The translations under genes were made by a program, and so were the position numbers. 64,000 nucleotides of DNA from Candidatus Daviesbacteria bacterium (GTDB lineage Bacteria; Patescibacteriota; Microgenomatia; Daviesbacterales; UBA10151), in the NCBI GenBank assembly GCA_030648435.1, contig JAUSHE010000014.1, positions 4,466 through 68,465 on the forward strand, in the 5' to 3' direction. Shown piece after piece: positions 9,151 to 18,827 of this stretch. The stretch's first letter is position 1. Every line of letters starts with the position of its first letter. Under the pieces are notes generated by a model, which searched no databases, was not told the DNA's origin, and was given only the letters and a program-made list of their open reading frames with translations.

Positions 9151-9878
9151 ATAAATTATCAGTTGTAATACCTTCATATAACGAATCAGCCAACCTAAAG
9201 AAAGGGGTGCTATCTGGTATTGCAGAATACATGGATAATTTAAAAATCGCGTACGAAGTGATTATTGTGGATGACGGATCAACTGATGATTCGGTAATGC
9301 TTGTTAAAAAATTTCAGGGAAAAAATTTTAGGTTAATTCAAAATAATCATGGTGGAAAAGCAAAAGCTGTTTTAACCGGAATGATGGCAGCGCAGGGGGA
9401 AATTGTGCTTTTTACCGACATGGATCAGGCAACACCTATAAATCAGATTGAAAAATTTATACCAAAATTTGACGAAGGATTTGATATTGTGATCGGATCC
9501 CGTCATGGTAGAAAAGGAGCGCCTTTGGTTAGAAAATTATCAGCCTGGGGTTTTTCTTTCTTGCGGGGTATTATTTTGGGGCTGCCGTTTGCAGATACCC
9601 AGTGTGGCTTTAAGGCTTTTAACAGGCAGTCGGTTCATAAAATTATTCCAAAAATTAAGAATGAGTGGGGAGTAGTGCATTTTAAAGGTGGTGCAGTTAA
9701 TGCCGGATTTGATGTAGAGGTTTTGTACCTTGCCAAGAAATACGGCTTTAAAATTGTTGAAGTTCCGGTGGAATGGAAATATGTGGATACGGAAAGAGTG
9801 CAGGTTGTTAAAGATGCTTTGGCCGCGATTTATGATATGCTCAGAATCAGATGGAATGATCTGACCGGAAAATACTGA
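9147..9878 (+). CDS. GT2 polyprenyl-phosphate glycosyltransferase (Dpm1/ArnC-like).
   Basis: LSVVIPSYNE, VIIVDDGSTDDS and TDMDQ motifs. 243 aa. ATGA overlap with the upstream gene. Confidence 0.8.
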   Translation: MNKLSVVIPSYNESANLKKGVLSGIAEYMDNLKIAYEVIIVDDGSTDDSVMLVKKFQGKNFRLIQNNHGGKAKAVLTGMMAAQGEIVLFTDMDQATPINQIEKFIPKFDEGFDIVIGSRHGRKGAPLVRKLSAWGFSFLRGIILGLPFADTQCGFKAFNRQSVHKIIPKIKNEWGVVHFKGGAVNAGFDVEVLYLAKKYGFKIVEVPVEWKYVDTERVQVVKDALAAIYDMLRIRWNDLTGKY

Positions 9879-9890
9879 TATAATACACTT

Positions 9891-11414
9891 GTGAACTTTC
9901 TTCTAAAACATCGTCTGGAAATTTTGATCCTTGCATTGTTGGCAGTTGCTTACTTTATCATTAGGTTGCCTAATTTAACGCTGCAGCCTATTTTTGCGGA
10001 TGAGGCGATATATATCAGATGGGCTCAGGTGATGAGAGCAGAGCAGACATTGCGTTTTTTACCTTTATCTGACGGTAAGACGCCGCTCTTTATGTGGGCT
10101 ATGATGCCGATGCTCAAATTTATTCAGGATCCGCTTTTAGCCGGAAGGTTGTTATCCGTAATCTCGGGTTTTACCACTTTGATGGGGGTATTTTTCTTAT
10201 CAAGGAAGATCTTCAATTTAAGAACTGCTGTATGGGCGGGTTTGCTTTATGTGATTACGCCTTATACTGTTTTTTTTGATAGGATGGCTTTAGTTGATTC
10301 AATGCTGTCTGCATTTACAGTTTGGGTTGTTTATTTTAGTCTTTGGCTTGTGCGTGCTTTACGGTTGGATATATCTATGATTTTAGGATTCTTGATGGGA
10401 GGAGCAATTTTAACAAAAACCCCCGGCATGTTTAATCTTTTTCTCCTGCCGATTGCCACGATAGCTTTTAGAAGAGAAAAAGATAAAAAGAACTCTTTAA
10501 TTAGACTTCTTGTTTTGCTGGGTGTAGCAATTATGATCGCTCTTCTTGCCTATAACTTTCTTAGATTGGGCCCGAATTTTCAGTTGTTATCTTCTCGGAA
10601 TGCGGATTATATCTTTTCCCCTTTTGAACTGATTGGTAGGCCCCTTGATCCTTTTATCCCTCATTTTCATGACATTGCCGATTGGTTCCCAAAGCTTTTG
10701 ACATGGCCTATCCTGTTATCAGCGGTAATTGGGACGGTATATACCATATACGGAGTTTTCCAGTATTCTTTCAGGGGTCAATATTTACCACGTTTAGTTA
10801 TTTTGCTTTGGGGAATTTTACCGATTCTTGTAAATATGGCATTTTTAAAAACTTTTACAGCCCGTTATTTACTGTCTTCGATTCCTCTTTTTCTGGTAAT
10901 TGCCGGCTTCGGAGTCACTAAAATTCTTCCTCCACTTGCGTATATAAAAAAACTTCCGCTTTTTATTATGTTTATTGTTTTGCTGCCGCTCCCTTTATAT
11001 TTTAATTATTTATTGCTTACATCACCGGAAAAAGCTCCTTTACCGAGAGAAGAACGAGCAGGTTATTTTGAAGAATGGACAGCCGGTTACGGATTTGCCG
11101 ATATTGCAGCTTTTCTAATAGAGAAAAATAAAGAAAATAGAGTGGTCCTCGGGACTGAAGGTTTTTTTGGTACTTTGCCCGATGGCCTTTATATTTATCT
11201 GGATAAGGCAAATATTTCTATCGTAGGTTCTCATGCAACAATTTCAGCTCAAATTAGAAATGCTGCAAAAGATAATTTGACCTATTTTATCGGAAACAAA
11301 AAAAATCTAAAAGGAAGCATTGATAATGTAAAATTGATTTTAGAGTACCCAAAGGCAAAACCGAAAAACGGCTCGATGCAGGATGCCACAGTTCTATATC
11401 AGGTATTGCCATAA
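9891..11414 (+). CDS. GT-C fold glycosyltransferase, ArnT/PMT_2-like.
   Basis: GTG start. 507 aa and polytopic, with an ADEAIYIRWAQ motif after the first TM as in the ArnT-type DE motif. Confidence 0.65.
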   Translation: MNFLLKHRLEILILALLAVAYFIIRLPNLTLQPIFADEAIYIRWAQVMRAEQTLRFLPLSDGKTPLFMWAMMPMLKFIQDPLLAGRLLSVISGFTTLMGVFFLSRKIFNLRTAVWAGLLYVITPYTVFFDRMALVDSMLSAFTVWVVYFSLWLVRALRLDISMILGFLMGGAILTKTPGMFNLFLLPIATIAFRREKDKKNSLIRLLVLLGVAIMIALLAYNFLRLGPNFQLLSSRNADYIFSPFELIGRPLDPFIPHFHDIADWFPKLLTWPILLSAVIGTVYTIYGVFQYSFRGQYLPRLVILLWGILPILVNMAFLKTFTARYLLSSIPLFLVIAGFGVTKILPPLAYIKKLPLFIMFIVLLPLPLYFNYLLLTSPEKAPLPREERAGYFEEWTAGYGFADIAAFLIEKNKENRVVLGTEGFFGTLPDGLYIYLDKANISIVGSHATISAQIRNAAKDNLTYFIGNKKNLKGSIDNVKLILEYPKAKPKNGSMQDATVLYQVLP

Positions 11415-11416
11415 AT

Positions 11417-13147
11417 ATGCTGCACTTTCTAGAGAACAGATCCTATAAATTCTGGGTAATTCTGACTTTAATATTTACTATCCCAACTTTTTATCAATTA
11501 ATTAGTCCTGGTTTTTTCTTTATGCAGGATGATCTGCAGGCCATGAGGATACATCAGATGTTCCGATGCTTTCAGGACTTTCAGCTGCCTTGCAGATGGG
11601 TTCCTGATATGGGTTATCAATATGGCTATCCACAGTTTCTATTTTATCCTCCAGGTGTTTATTATCTTGGTGCTCTATTTCACCTTTTGGGTGTTCAGAT
11701 TATAGATAGTGTAAAATTGATGTTTATCTTAGGTTATATCTTCTCAACGCTTTTTATGTTTATTTTTTTAAAAGCTTTTTTCGACGGGGAATCCAAGCAA
11801 AAGAATTTCATATATACAACCTTGCCGGCTTTTTTCGGAGCGATGCTTTATACTTATATTCCCTATAAAGCGCTGGAAGTATATGTCAGAGGGGCTTTAA
11901 ACGAATTCTGGAGTTTAGTTTTTTTCCCATTCATTTTTTGGGCAATTTATCAATTAATAAGTAAACAAAAATTAAAGTTTCTTTTATTTCTTGCACTTTC
12001 CATCGCCGGATTGCTGCTTACTCATAATCTAATGACTCTTATTTTTGCGCCGCTAATAATAATATGGTGTATTAGTTTGGTTGTTTTAAAGAAAAGTTGG
12101 AGGGTTGTTCCTAAAATTTTTCTCGGAGGTCTTTTGGGGATAGGTCTTGCAGCATTTTTTACCCTTCCAGTAATTTTTGAAGGAAAGTATGTTCATCTGG
12201 AATCTCTATTGGGTGGTTATTTTGATTACAGAGCGCATTTTGTTTCAATTAATAGGCTTTTTGTATCAAATCTTTTTGGCTACGGTTCATCAGGGATCGG
12301 ACAGGATAATAATTTAACTTTATCAACAGGACAAATCCAATGGATCGTTGCTTTGATTGGACTAATTCTATCCCCCTTTCTTTTATATAAACAAAAGAAT
12401 ATAGCGATTTTAATAATGATATTTTCTGTTTTAGAACTTGGAGTTTTATTTATGATTCATCAAAAGTCATCATTTATTTGGGAGAAGCTACCGATTTTGG
12501 CTTATTTGCAATTTCCTTGGAGATTTTTATCTGACAGCATTTTCATTCTTTCGTTTTTGGGCGCAATAACAGCTTTCTTTATTAGTCAAATAAACAAAAA
12601 TTTTGCAAAAATATTTATAATTACTGTTTTAATCGGAATCCTTGTATTGCATGCGTCATTTTTTCAACCTAAAGAGCGTTTTGGGATTTCCGATAAGGAT
12701 AAATTTTCCGGCTTTTTTTGGGAAAAACAATTAACAATCAGCATTTTTGATTATCTGCCGATATATGCCAAACTCCCGCCTAATAAAAAAGCGCCGTTGC
12801 TGCCGGAAATTCTGGAAGGGGATGTAAACTTTATAAGTTATCAAAAAGGAAGCAATTATCAATTTGGAGAAGTCAAGGTTCTTAAAAACTCTGTTATAAG
12901 ACTGCCGCTTCTTGATTTTCCGGGTATGAGAGTTACGGTAGATGGAAAAGTAGTTGAACATCAAAATAATGATTGTAGGGGAGAAGAATTCTGTTTTGGT
13001 TTAATAACATTTAATTTACCAACAGGCTCACATTTCATAAAAGTAAAACTGGAGGATACGCAAGTCAGAACCATAGGTAATATAATTAGCTTGATATCAG
13101 CGACAGTGCTTTTATTTCTGCTGATTAAAAACTATGGAAAGAAATAA
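11417..13147 (+). CDS. Paralog 1 of an unassigned GT-C-like family with a DD...CRWVPD...YGYP signature and a C-terminal soluble domain.
   Basis: 576 aa. QDDLQAMRIHQM follows the first TM, then C...LPCRWVPDMGYQYGYP and YVRGALNEF, with a C-terminal FPGMRVTVDGK region. These motifs are shared with the ORFs at 13134, 14776 and 17680. Confidence 0.6.
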   Translation: MLHFLENRSYKFWVILTLIFTIPTFYQLISPGFFFMQDDLQAMRIHQMFRCFQDFQLPCRWVPDMGYQYGYPQFLFYPPGVYYLGALFHLLGVQIIDSVKLMFILGYIFSTLFMFIFLKAFFDGESKQKNFIYTTLPAFFGAMLYTYIPYKALEVYVRGALNEFWSLVFFPFIFWAIYQLISKQKLKFLLFLALSIAGLLLTHNLMTLIFAPLIIIWCISLVVLKKSWRVVPKIFLGGLLGIGLAAFFTLPVIFEGKYVHLESLLGGYFDYRAHFVSINRLFVSNLFGYGSSGIGQDNNLTLSTGQIQWIVALIGLILSPFLLYKQKNIAILIMIFSVLELGVLFMIHQKSSFIWEKLPILAYLQFPWRFLSDSIFILSFLGAITAFFISQINKNFAKIFIITVLIGILVLHASFFQPKERFGISDKDKFSGFFWEKQLTISIFDYLPIYAKLPPNKKAPLLPEILEGDVNFISYQKGSNYQFGEVKVLKNSVIRLPLLDFPGMRVTVDGKVVEHQNNDCRGEEFCFGLITFNLPTGSHFIKVKLEDTQVRTIGNIISLISATVLLFLLIKNYGKK

Positions 13148-14804
13148 ACTAATCTTTAAATTTTGGCCTTTTGCCATTTTATTTTTTTTCACCATCCTGA
13201 TAGCATGGCCGCTGTTTTTGCCGGGATACTTTTCGCATCATGATGATTTACAAGTGATGAGAATTTTTGAGATGAGGAAATGCATAGAAGATTTGCAGAT
13301 TCCCTGCAGATGGGTTCCTGATATGGGATACGGGAATGGGTATCCTCTGTTTAATTACTACAGTGTATTCCCCTATTACATAGGAGCAACTGCCAGTTAT
13401 TTGGTAGGTTTTGTAGGAAGCGCAAAGTTGATCTTCTTTTTAGCAGTGTCTTTTGCAGGAATATCGATGTATTTTTTTGTTAGGGAACTTTTTGGCACAT
13501 ATCCGGCTCTTACTGCGAGCGCGCTCTATATGTTTGCTCCGTACAGAGCGCTTGATATCTATGTAAGAGGTGCAATAGCAGAAAGTTTTTCAATCGCAAT
13601 AATCCCTTTGGTTTTCTTCTTTGCACTTAAATTGATTAAACATGACCAACAAAGGTTTAGGATTGGACTTACTTTATCTTTTGCAGCATTTTTATTAAGT
13701 CACAATATCATGATTATTTTATTTCTTCCGGTCATAATTTCAATTTTATTCATCTGGTATTGGAAAAAAAATTTTAAGACTATTAAAACTTTAGTTATAT
13801 CCTTATTTTTAGGGTTTTGCTTATCGGCTTTTTTCATAGTGCCCGCGTATATGGAGCAGAATCTGGTACAAATAGATAATTTGGTTAGATTTTCTTTAGA
13901 TTTCAGAGGTCATTTTATTAATTTGTATCAGTTGTTTCTGGATAGGTCTTGGGGGTATGGTGTTTCTTCTACTGGTACAGCAGATACGATGTCTTTTCAA
14001 ATAGGATGGCCTCATTATTTCCTTGTTATAGCATCAGTTTTTAGTTTATTAGTAATAAAAAGAAAAGAACGAAAGCTTATTATGTTTAATTTAGTGCTGC
14101 TTGCAGCATTTGTTTTCTCCTTATTTATGACTCATGTAAGATCTGCTTTTATATGGGAGCAGATCGGGATTTTAAGATTTGTCCAGTTTCCTTGGCGTTT
14201 TTTGTCTGTTGCAATATTTACTGCAAGCTTATTAGGAGCTTTTTTTGTATATTCTCTAAAAGAGTCGTTTGTCAAAATTACTGTAGCACTGTTAATTTTA
14301 AGCGCTATTATTTTAAATGTGAGTTATTTTAAACCGCAACAATTTATTTTTAATTTAACTGATGAAGAAAAATTGAGCGGACAACTTTGGGAGACTCAAC
14401 AAAAAGCAGCCATTTTAGATTATTTGCCGGTTGGCGCTTTAGAGCCACGGGAATCTGCTCCTTTAAAACCGGCTATTTTAGCAGGTGATGCTGTAATAAA
14501 GAATTTTCAGAATAGATCCAATAGTTGGCATTTCCAGGCGAATGTGACTGATAGTGCGATCGTTGAAGTGCCTATTTTTGATTTTCCAAACTGGCAGGTA
14601 TTTGCAAATGGAAAAAAAATAAATCATTCAAATAAAAACTATCTGGGAAGAATTAGTTTTACTCTTCCATCCGGTGAATATTTTGTTGTTGGAAAGTTTA
14701 ACAATACTTTGGTTCGGACAGTAAGTAATACAATTTCTTTGATTTCAATTTTTATATTGATTGGGCGACCGCTATATGAAAAAAGTAGAAGAAATAATAA
14801 GTAA
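13134..14804 (+). CDS. Paralog 2 of the DD...CRWVPD family (GT-C-like).
   Basis: 556 aa. HHDDLQVMRIFEM, IPCRWVPDMGYGNGYP, YVRGAIAES and C-terminal FPNWQVFANGKK. Confidence 0.6.
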   Translation: MERNKLIFKFWPFAILFFFTILIAWPLFLPGYFSHHDDLQVMRIFEMRKCIEDLQIPCRWVPDMGYGNGYPLFNYYSVFPYYIGATASYLVGFVGSAKLIFFLAVSFAGISMYFFVRELFGTYPALTASALYMFAPYRALDIYVRGAIAESFSIAIIPLVFFFALKLIKHDQQRFRIGLTLSFAAFLLSHNIMIILFLPVIISILFIWYWKKNFKTIKTLVISLFLGFCLSAFFIVPAYMEQNLVQIDNLVRFSLDFRGHFINLYQLFLDRSWGYGVSSTGTADTMSFQIGWPHYFLVIASVFSLLVIKRKERKLIMFNLVLLAAFVFSLFMTHVRSAFIWEQIGILRFVQFPWRFLSVAIFTASLLGAFFVYSLKESFVKITVALLILSAIILNVSYFKPQQFIFNLTDEEKLSGQLWETQQKAAILDYLPVGALEPRESAPLKPAILAGDAVIKNFQNRSNSWHFQANVTDSAIVEVPIFDFPNWQVFANGKKINHSNKNYLGRISFTLPSGEYFVVGKFNNTLVRTVSNTISLISIFILIGRPLYEKSRRNNK

Positions 14805-16419
14805 ATATTGGTTTTTAATCATATGTCTTTTATCGTTTCCGGCTATACGGGCGCTTTTTGTAAGTGGTTATTTTGGGGCGTCAGATGATATGCATATTGC
14901 CTGGCTTTACGAGATAGATAAGATAATCAAATTGGGACAAATCCCGCCGCGGTTTGTGCCGGATTTGAGTTTTGGTTTCGGATACCCCCTGTTTAACTTT
15001 GTTTTTCCGCTTCCGTTTTATATCGGTGAGATTTTTCATTTGCTGGGATTATCTTTTGTAGATAGTATAAAGGCTGTTTTTTTAATTAGCGTACCGCTGT
15101 CAGGGATATTCATGTATTTACTGCTCCGGCAATTCGTGGAAAGGAACTTAAGTCTAATAGGGGCAGTTTTGTATATTTATACACCATACCGGTCTGTAGA
15201 TTTGTATGTCAGGGGAGCAATAGGGGAGATCGTGGGTTTTGTGTTTTTGCCGTTAATAATTCTCTCTGCCGCAAAAATTTTCGCTAAAGGTAATTTTAAG
15301 TGGATAGGAATTGGTGCTTTATCAATTGCTTCCCTAGTGTTGTCGCATAATATAGCGGCATACATGTTTTTTCCGTTTGTTGGATTTTTACTTATTATTC
15401 AATTTTTTTTAACTCCACTAAAAAAAGAATATATTACAAAAGCATTTCTAATGATTTTTTTAGGTCTTCTTACAAGTATTTATTTCTGGCTGCCTGCTTT
15501 AACAGAGAGTAATCTGGTAAAGCAAGATACCGTATTTAATTTTGCGGATCATTTCCCGACTCTTTTACAGCTAATTAGGCCTTATTGGGGGTATGGGGCC
15601 TCTGTACCTGGTCCGTATGATGGCATGTCTTTTTTTCTGGGAATAGCGAATATCTTACTTTTATTTTCAGGGATTTGTTTGTTTATATTTAGGTGGAAGC
15701 AAATTAGTATTCAAAGGAAGGTATTTATTGGGTGGGTTTTGGGTGTTATTACGGTGGCAATTTTTCTAATGAATTACCGCTCGACTATTATATGGAATAA
15801 TTTTCCGTTTCTTGCTTATTTTCAATTCCCCTGGAGATTTTTGATTTTGACAACATTTTTTATACCGTTATTACTTATTATTTTTGACAAGATAAGGATT
15901 AATAATTTATTATTGACGATTTTATTATTGCTTATCATCATATCAAGTATGTCTTATTTCAGACCGCAGGATTTTTTGGGAAGATTAGATAATTATTATC
16001 TTAATCGTTATATTCCAACTCCCGCTGCAAGCAAAGAATATCTGCAACTTCAGGAGGAATATTTAAGGCTTCCGAAAGCTGCCGAGAGTAGGCCGGATAA
16101 AAATTATCCAATGGTTTTTCCAGACAGTGGAATAATAAAGGTGAATAAGCGTAGTGATTTAGATGTGGTTATTGAATCTAATTCGAATGTAGAAAGTTTA
16201 ATTAATTTAAATAAATATTATTTTCCGGGCTGGAAGGCAAAGATTGATGGTAAAAAAATGGATATTTGGGCAGGTAAACCTTTCGGACAGATAAGTTTTT
16301 CTATGCCTGCAGGCTATCATAAAGCAGAAATATATTTTACTGAAACAACCTTTAGGAGCTTATTAAACTTTGCTTCACTGGGTGCATTTTTAGTATCATT
16401 AGTAGTGTTATCATTATGA
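14776..16419 (+). CDS. Paralog 3 of the DD...RWVPD family (GT-C-like), lacking the cysteine pair.
   Basis: The track start is TTG at 14761. I prefer the ATG at 14776. SDDMHIAWLYEI, IPPRFVPDLSFGFGYP, YVRGAIGEI and C-terminal FPGWKAKIDGKK. Confidence 0.55.
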   Translation: MKKVEEIISKYWFLIICLLSFPAIRALFVSGYFGASDDMHIAWLYEIDKIIKLGQIPPRFVPDLSFGFGYPLFNFVFPLPFYIGEIFHLLGLSFVDSIKAVFLISVPLSGIFMYLLLRQFVERNLSLIGAVLYIYTPYRSVDLYVRGAIGEIVGFVFLPLIILSAAKIFAKGNFKWIGIGALSIASLVLSHNIAAYMFFPFVGFLLIIQFFLTPLKKEYITKAFLMIFLGLLTSIYFWLPALTESNLVKQDTVFNFADHFPTLLQLIRPYWGYGASVPGPYDGMSFFLGIANILLLFSGICLFIFRWKQISIQRKVFIGWVLGVITVAIFLMNYRSTIIWNNFPFLAYFQFPWRFLILTTFFIPLLLIIFDKIRINNLLLTILLLLIIISSMSYFRPQDFLGRLDNYYLNRYIPTPAASKEYLQLQEEYLRLPKAAESRPDKNYPMVFPDSGIIKVNKRSDLDVVIESNSNVESLINLNKYYFPGWKAKIDGKKMDIWAGKPFGQISFSMPAGYHKAEIYFTETTFRSLLNFASLGAFLVSLVVLSL

Positions 16420-17675
16420 ATTTTATAAAAAGACCGCTAGTTTTCATTTTACTTATAGGTATCATTATCAGATTTATTTTATCGGCTATAACATTCCATC
16501 CAGATATTATACATTTTGATCTGGCGGGATATGTATTAGGTAAAGGGAATTTTTTGAACTTCTATGATTATACTTATGGATTAGATAAAAATGATCCTGT
16601 TTTAAAAAATTATCCTGTTAATTTGTTTAATTATCCTCCGGCTGTTTATTTTTATGTCGGTAGTATGAATTGGATTTTCACCAGTCTAACTGAAAAAAAT
16701 TTCCATAATATGTTTTTGTTTGATTTTAAAAATACTTTAGGAAATATACAATTAAACTTTCATTTAATCCTGCTTAAGATTCCATACCTCCTTTTTGATG
16801 GTGCAATTGCGTATTTTTTGTATAACATTTTTTTGAATAAGAAAGAAAAGATTTTAGCGCTCGCTCTTTGGGTTTTTAATCCATGGGTTCTATATTCAAC
16901 ATATATGATGGGTCAATTTGATATTATTCCAACCGCTTTTGTAGTAAGCGCCTTGTATATAATCAAAAAAAATTACAATTTTAATAAAAAAATATTTATC
17001 GCAGTTGTTCTATTAGGAATTGGTGCGTCATTTAAAATATACCCATTATTATTTTTGTTACCAGTTGCCTTTCTTTTAAAAAAGCGATTCAATAAACTTC
17101 TGGCAATTATTTTAGGAATCTCTGTTTATGTGATAACAATCCTTCCATTTATCGGTTCTTCGGGGTTTCGGTCAACGGCACTACTTGCAAACCAAACCCT
17201 TAAAAGTTTATATGCCCAAATTCCAATTTCAGGAGGAGAAAGTATAATTTTATTTTTGGCATCCGTCGGCTTTTTTTATATTGTTTACCTTTATAGAGGA
17301 AAAGAAGTTGAAAATTTATGGCAGAGCTTTTTTATAATTATGCTTTTATTTTTTATCTTTACTCATTATCATCCACAATGGTTTTTATGGCTTACACCCT
17401 TTTTAATTTTTGAGCTTATTTATAGTAATTTTAAACATTTAATATTAATGGTTTTAATGGGGGTAAGTTTTTTAGGTGCTGTATTTTTATTTGAGCAGTC
17501 ATTAACCATAGGTTTATTTTCACCCCTAAACGCTGCTTTGTTTGATGGGCTTGATCTTTGGCGTCTGCTTCATATAAATATTGATCTTAATTTTGCAAGG
17601 AGTTTATTTCAAACTCTATTCGCATCAGTAGCAGTATATTTTATTTACTATTATTTTCCGAAAAAAATAGATTAA
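16416..17675 (+). CDS. Polytopic membrane protein, possibly GT87/DUF2029-like GT-C.
   Basis: 419 aa with about 10 hydrophobic segments and HPDIIHFDLAGY...NYPPAVYFY in the first loop. The family assignment is tentative. Confidence 0.4.
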   Translation: MNFIKRPLVFILLIGIIIRFILSAITFHPDIIHFDLAGYVLGKGNFLNFYDYTYGLDKNDPVLKNYPVNLFNYPPAVYFYVGSMNWIFTSLTEKNFHNMFLFDFKNTLGNIQLNFHLILLKIPYLLFDGAIAYFLYNIFLNKKEKILALALWVFNPWVLYSTYMMGQFDIIPTAFVVSALYIIKKNYNFNKKIFIAVVLLGIGASFKIYPLLFLLPVAFLLKKRFNKLLAIILGISVYVITILPFIGSSGFRSTALLANQTLKSLYAQIPISGGESIILFLASVGFFYIVYLYRGKEVENLWQSFFIIMLLFFIFTHYHPQWFLWLTPFLIFELIYSNFKHLILMVLMGVSFLGAVFLFEQSLTIGLFSPLNAALFDGLDLWRLLHINIDLNFARSLFQTLFASVAVYFIYYYFPKKID

Positions 17676-17679
17676 AAAT

Positions 17680-18822
17680 ATGTTTAAAAAAAAATCCTTC
17701 CTGATAGCTTTGGTAATCATTTTTACATTGTTTTCTTTTATTCTAATTTTTTCTAGTCAACAGATTTACATTGGTAGGCTTTATGATATGCATAATTGTA
17801 TTAAGGACGGTCAAATTCCCTGCAGATGGGTACCCGCACTGGAAAATTCTTACGGCTCCCCCATATTTAATTATTTTCCGCCATTACCCTATTATTTCGG
17901 AGAACTTATCTTTCTGCTCAGCAGCAGTCTCGCTTTTGCTGTGAAAATAATATTGTTTGGCAGCTTATTTGGAACATATATTTTTATGTATCTTCTGGTT
18001 TCAACATTTACCAAAAAAACAAAAATATGGATATTACCTATAATTTATACTTTTATTTCTTTTCTGGCATTGTTTTTTTTGAAAGAAGGATTAGGGCTTG
18101 CGTGGGGATTGATGCTTTTTCCTTTAATCGTTTTAAGTTTAGAAAAACTTATCAAGAAAAAAAATGTCAATGAGTTTTTGTTTTCATCCATTTTTTTAGC
18201 TCTTTTAATTTTATCTTCGGATGCAGGCCTTATATTCATAAGTTTGCTTTTCCTTTGGTTTCTTTTCCGTTATATTAAAAATAAAAATTTAGTCTCTTTT
18301 GCAATAACTTTATCCTCAATAGTTTTCGCTTTTCTTTTGTCTGCTTTCTATATTTTCCCATCGTTACTGGAAAGGAATTTACTTAGTAATGTGTCAGGTT
18401 CTAGATATCTGCCAAAATCAGCGGAAGAGAAGCCAAAAAAAAATATTAATTCAGCTTATGAAATATTAACAGGAGACCTGGTTATCTCCAATTTTAAGCA
18501 GGGTTCTAACTGGTTTAAATTTGAAACAGATACAAAAACACATTCGATTATCCGTTTGTCTAAAATTTATTTCCCGGTTTGGAAAATCTTTGTTGACGGA
18601 AAAGAAATTCAGATTGAGTACAAGAATAATAGTTTGGGCTTAATGACTGTTATTATCGGGGAAGGCTTACATGTTGTAGAGGGTAAATTATTTGATACAC
18701 CAATACGTTCAATTTCAAATACAATTACAATTGTTTCTTCAATTCTAGCTTTTCTATTATTTTTTAGTCAGTTAAAAGTAGTCAGTTATTTGTTAGGTTA
18801 TTACAGAAAGAGAATGAATTAA
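17680..18822 (+). CDS. Paralog 4 of the CRWVPD family, N-terminally shorter or diverged, with no DD motif.
   Basis: 380 aa with NCIKDGQIPCRWVPALENSYGSP and a C-terminal YFPVWKIFVDGKE. It lacks the YVRGA...E motif. It may be a degraded copy. Confidence 0.5.
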   Translation: MFKKKSFLIALVIIFTLFSFILIFSSQQIYIGRLYDMHNCIKDGQIPCRWVPALENSYGSPIFNYFPPLPYYFGELIFLLSSSLAFAVKIILFGSLFGTYIFMYLLVSTFTKKTKIWILPIIYTFISFLALFFLKEGLGLAWGLMLFPLIVLSLEKLIKKKNVNEFLFSSIFLALLILSSDAGLIFISLLFLWFLFRYIKNKNLVSFAITLSSIVFAFLLSAFYIFPSLLERNLLSNVSGSRYLPKSAEEKPKKNINSAYEILTGDLVISNFKQGSNWFKFETDTKTHSIIRLSKIYFPVWKIFVDGKEIQIEYKNNSLGLMTVIIGEGLHVVEGKLFDTPIRSISNTITIVSSILAFLLFFSQLKVVSYLLGYYRKRMN

Positions 18823-18827
18823 ATAAT

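Noticed and set aside
17686-17694. A/T homopolymers of 8-9 nt inside glycosyltransferase genes (A9 at 17686-17694, A9 at 18435-18443, A9 at 45086-45094, T8 at 13182-13189, T8 at 18073-18080), considered as phase-variation tracts.
   Set aside because: At about 67% AT, a handful of A9/T9 runs are expected by chance in 64 kb. None is longer than 9. Only the 8-G tract at 62116 is statistically unusual, so only that one is reported.
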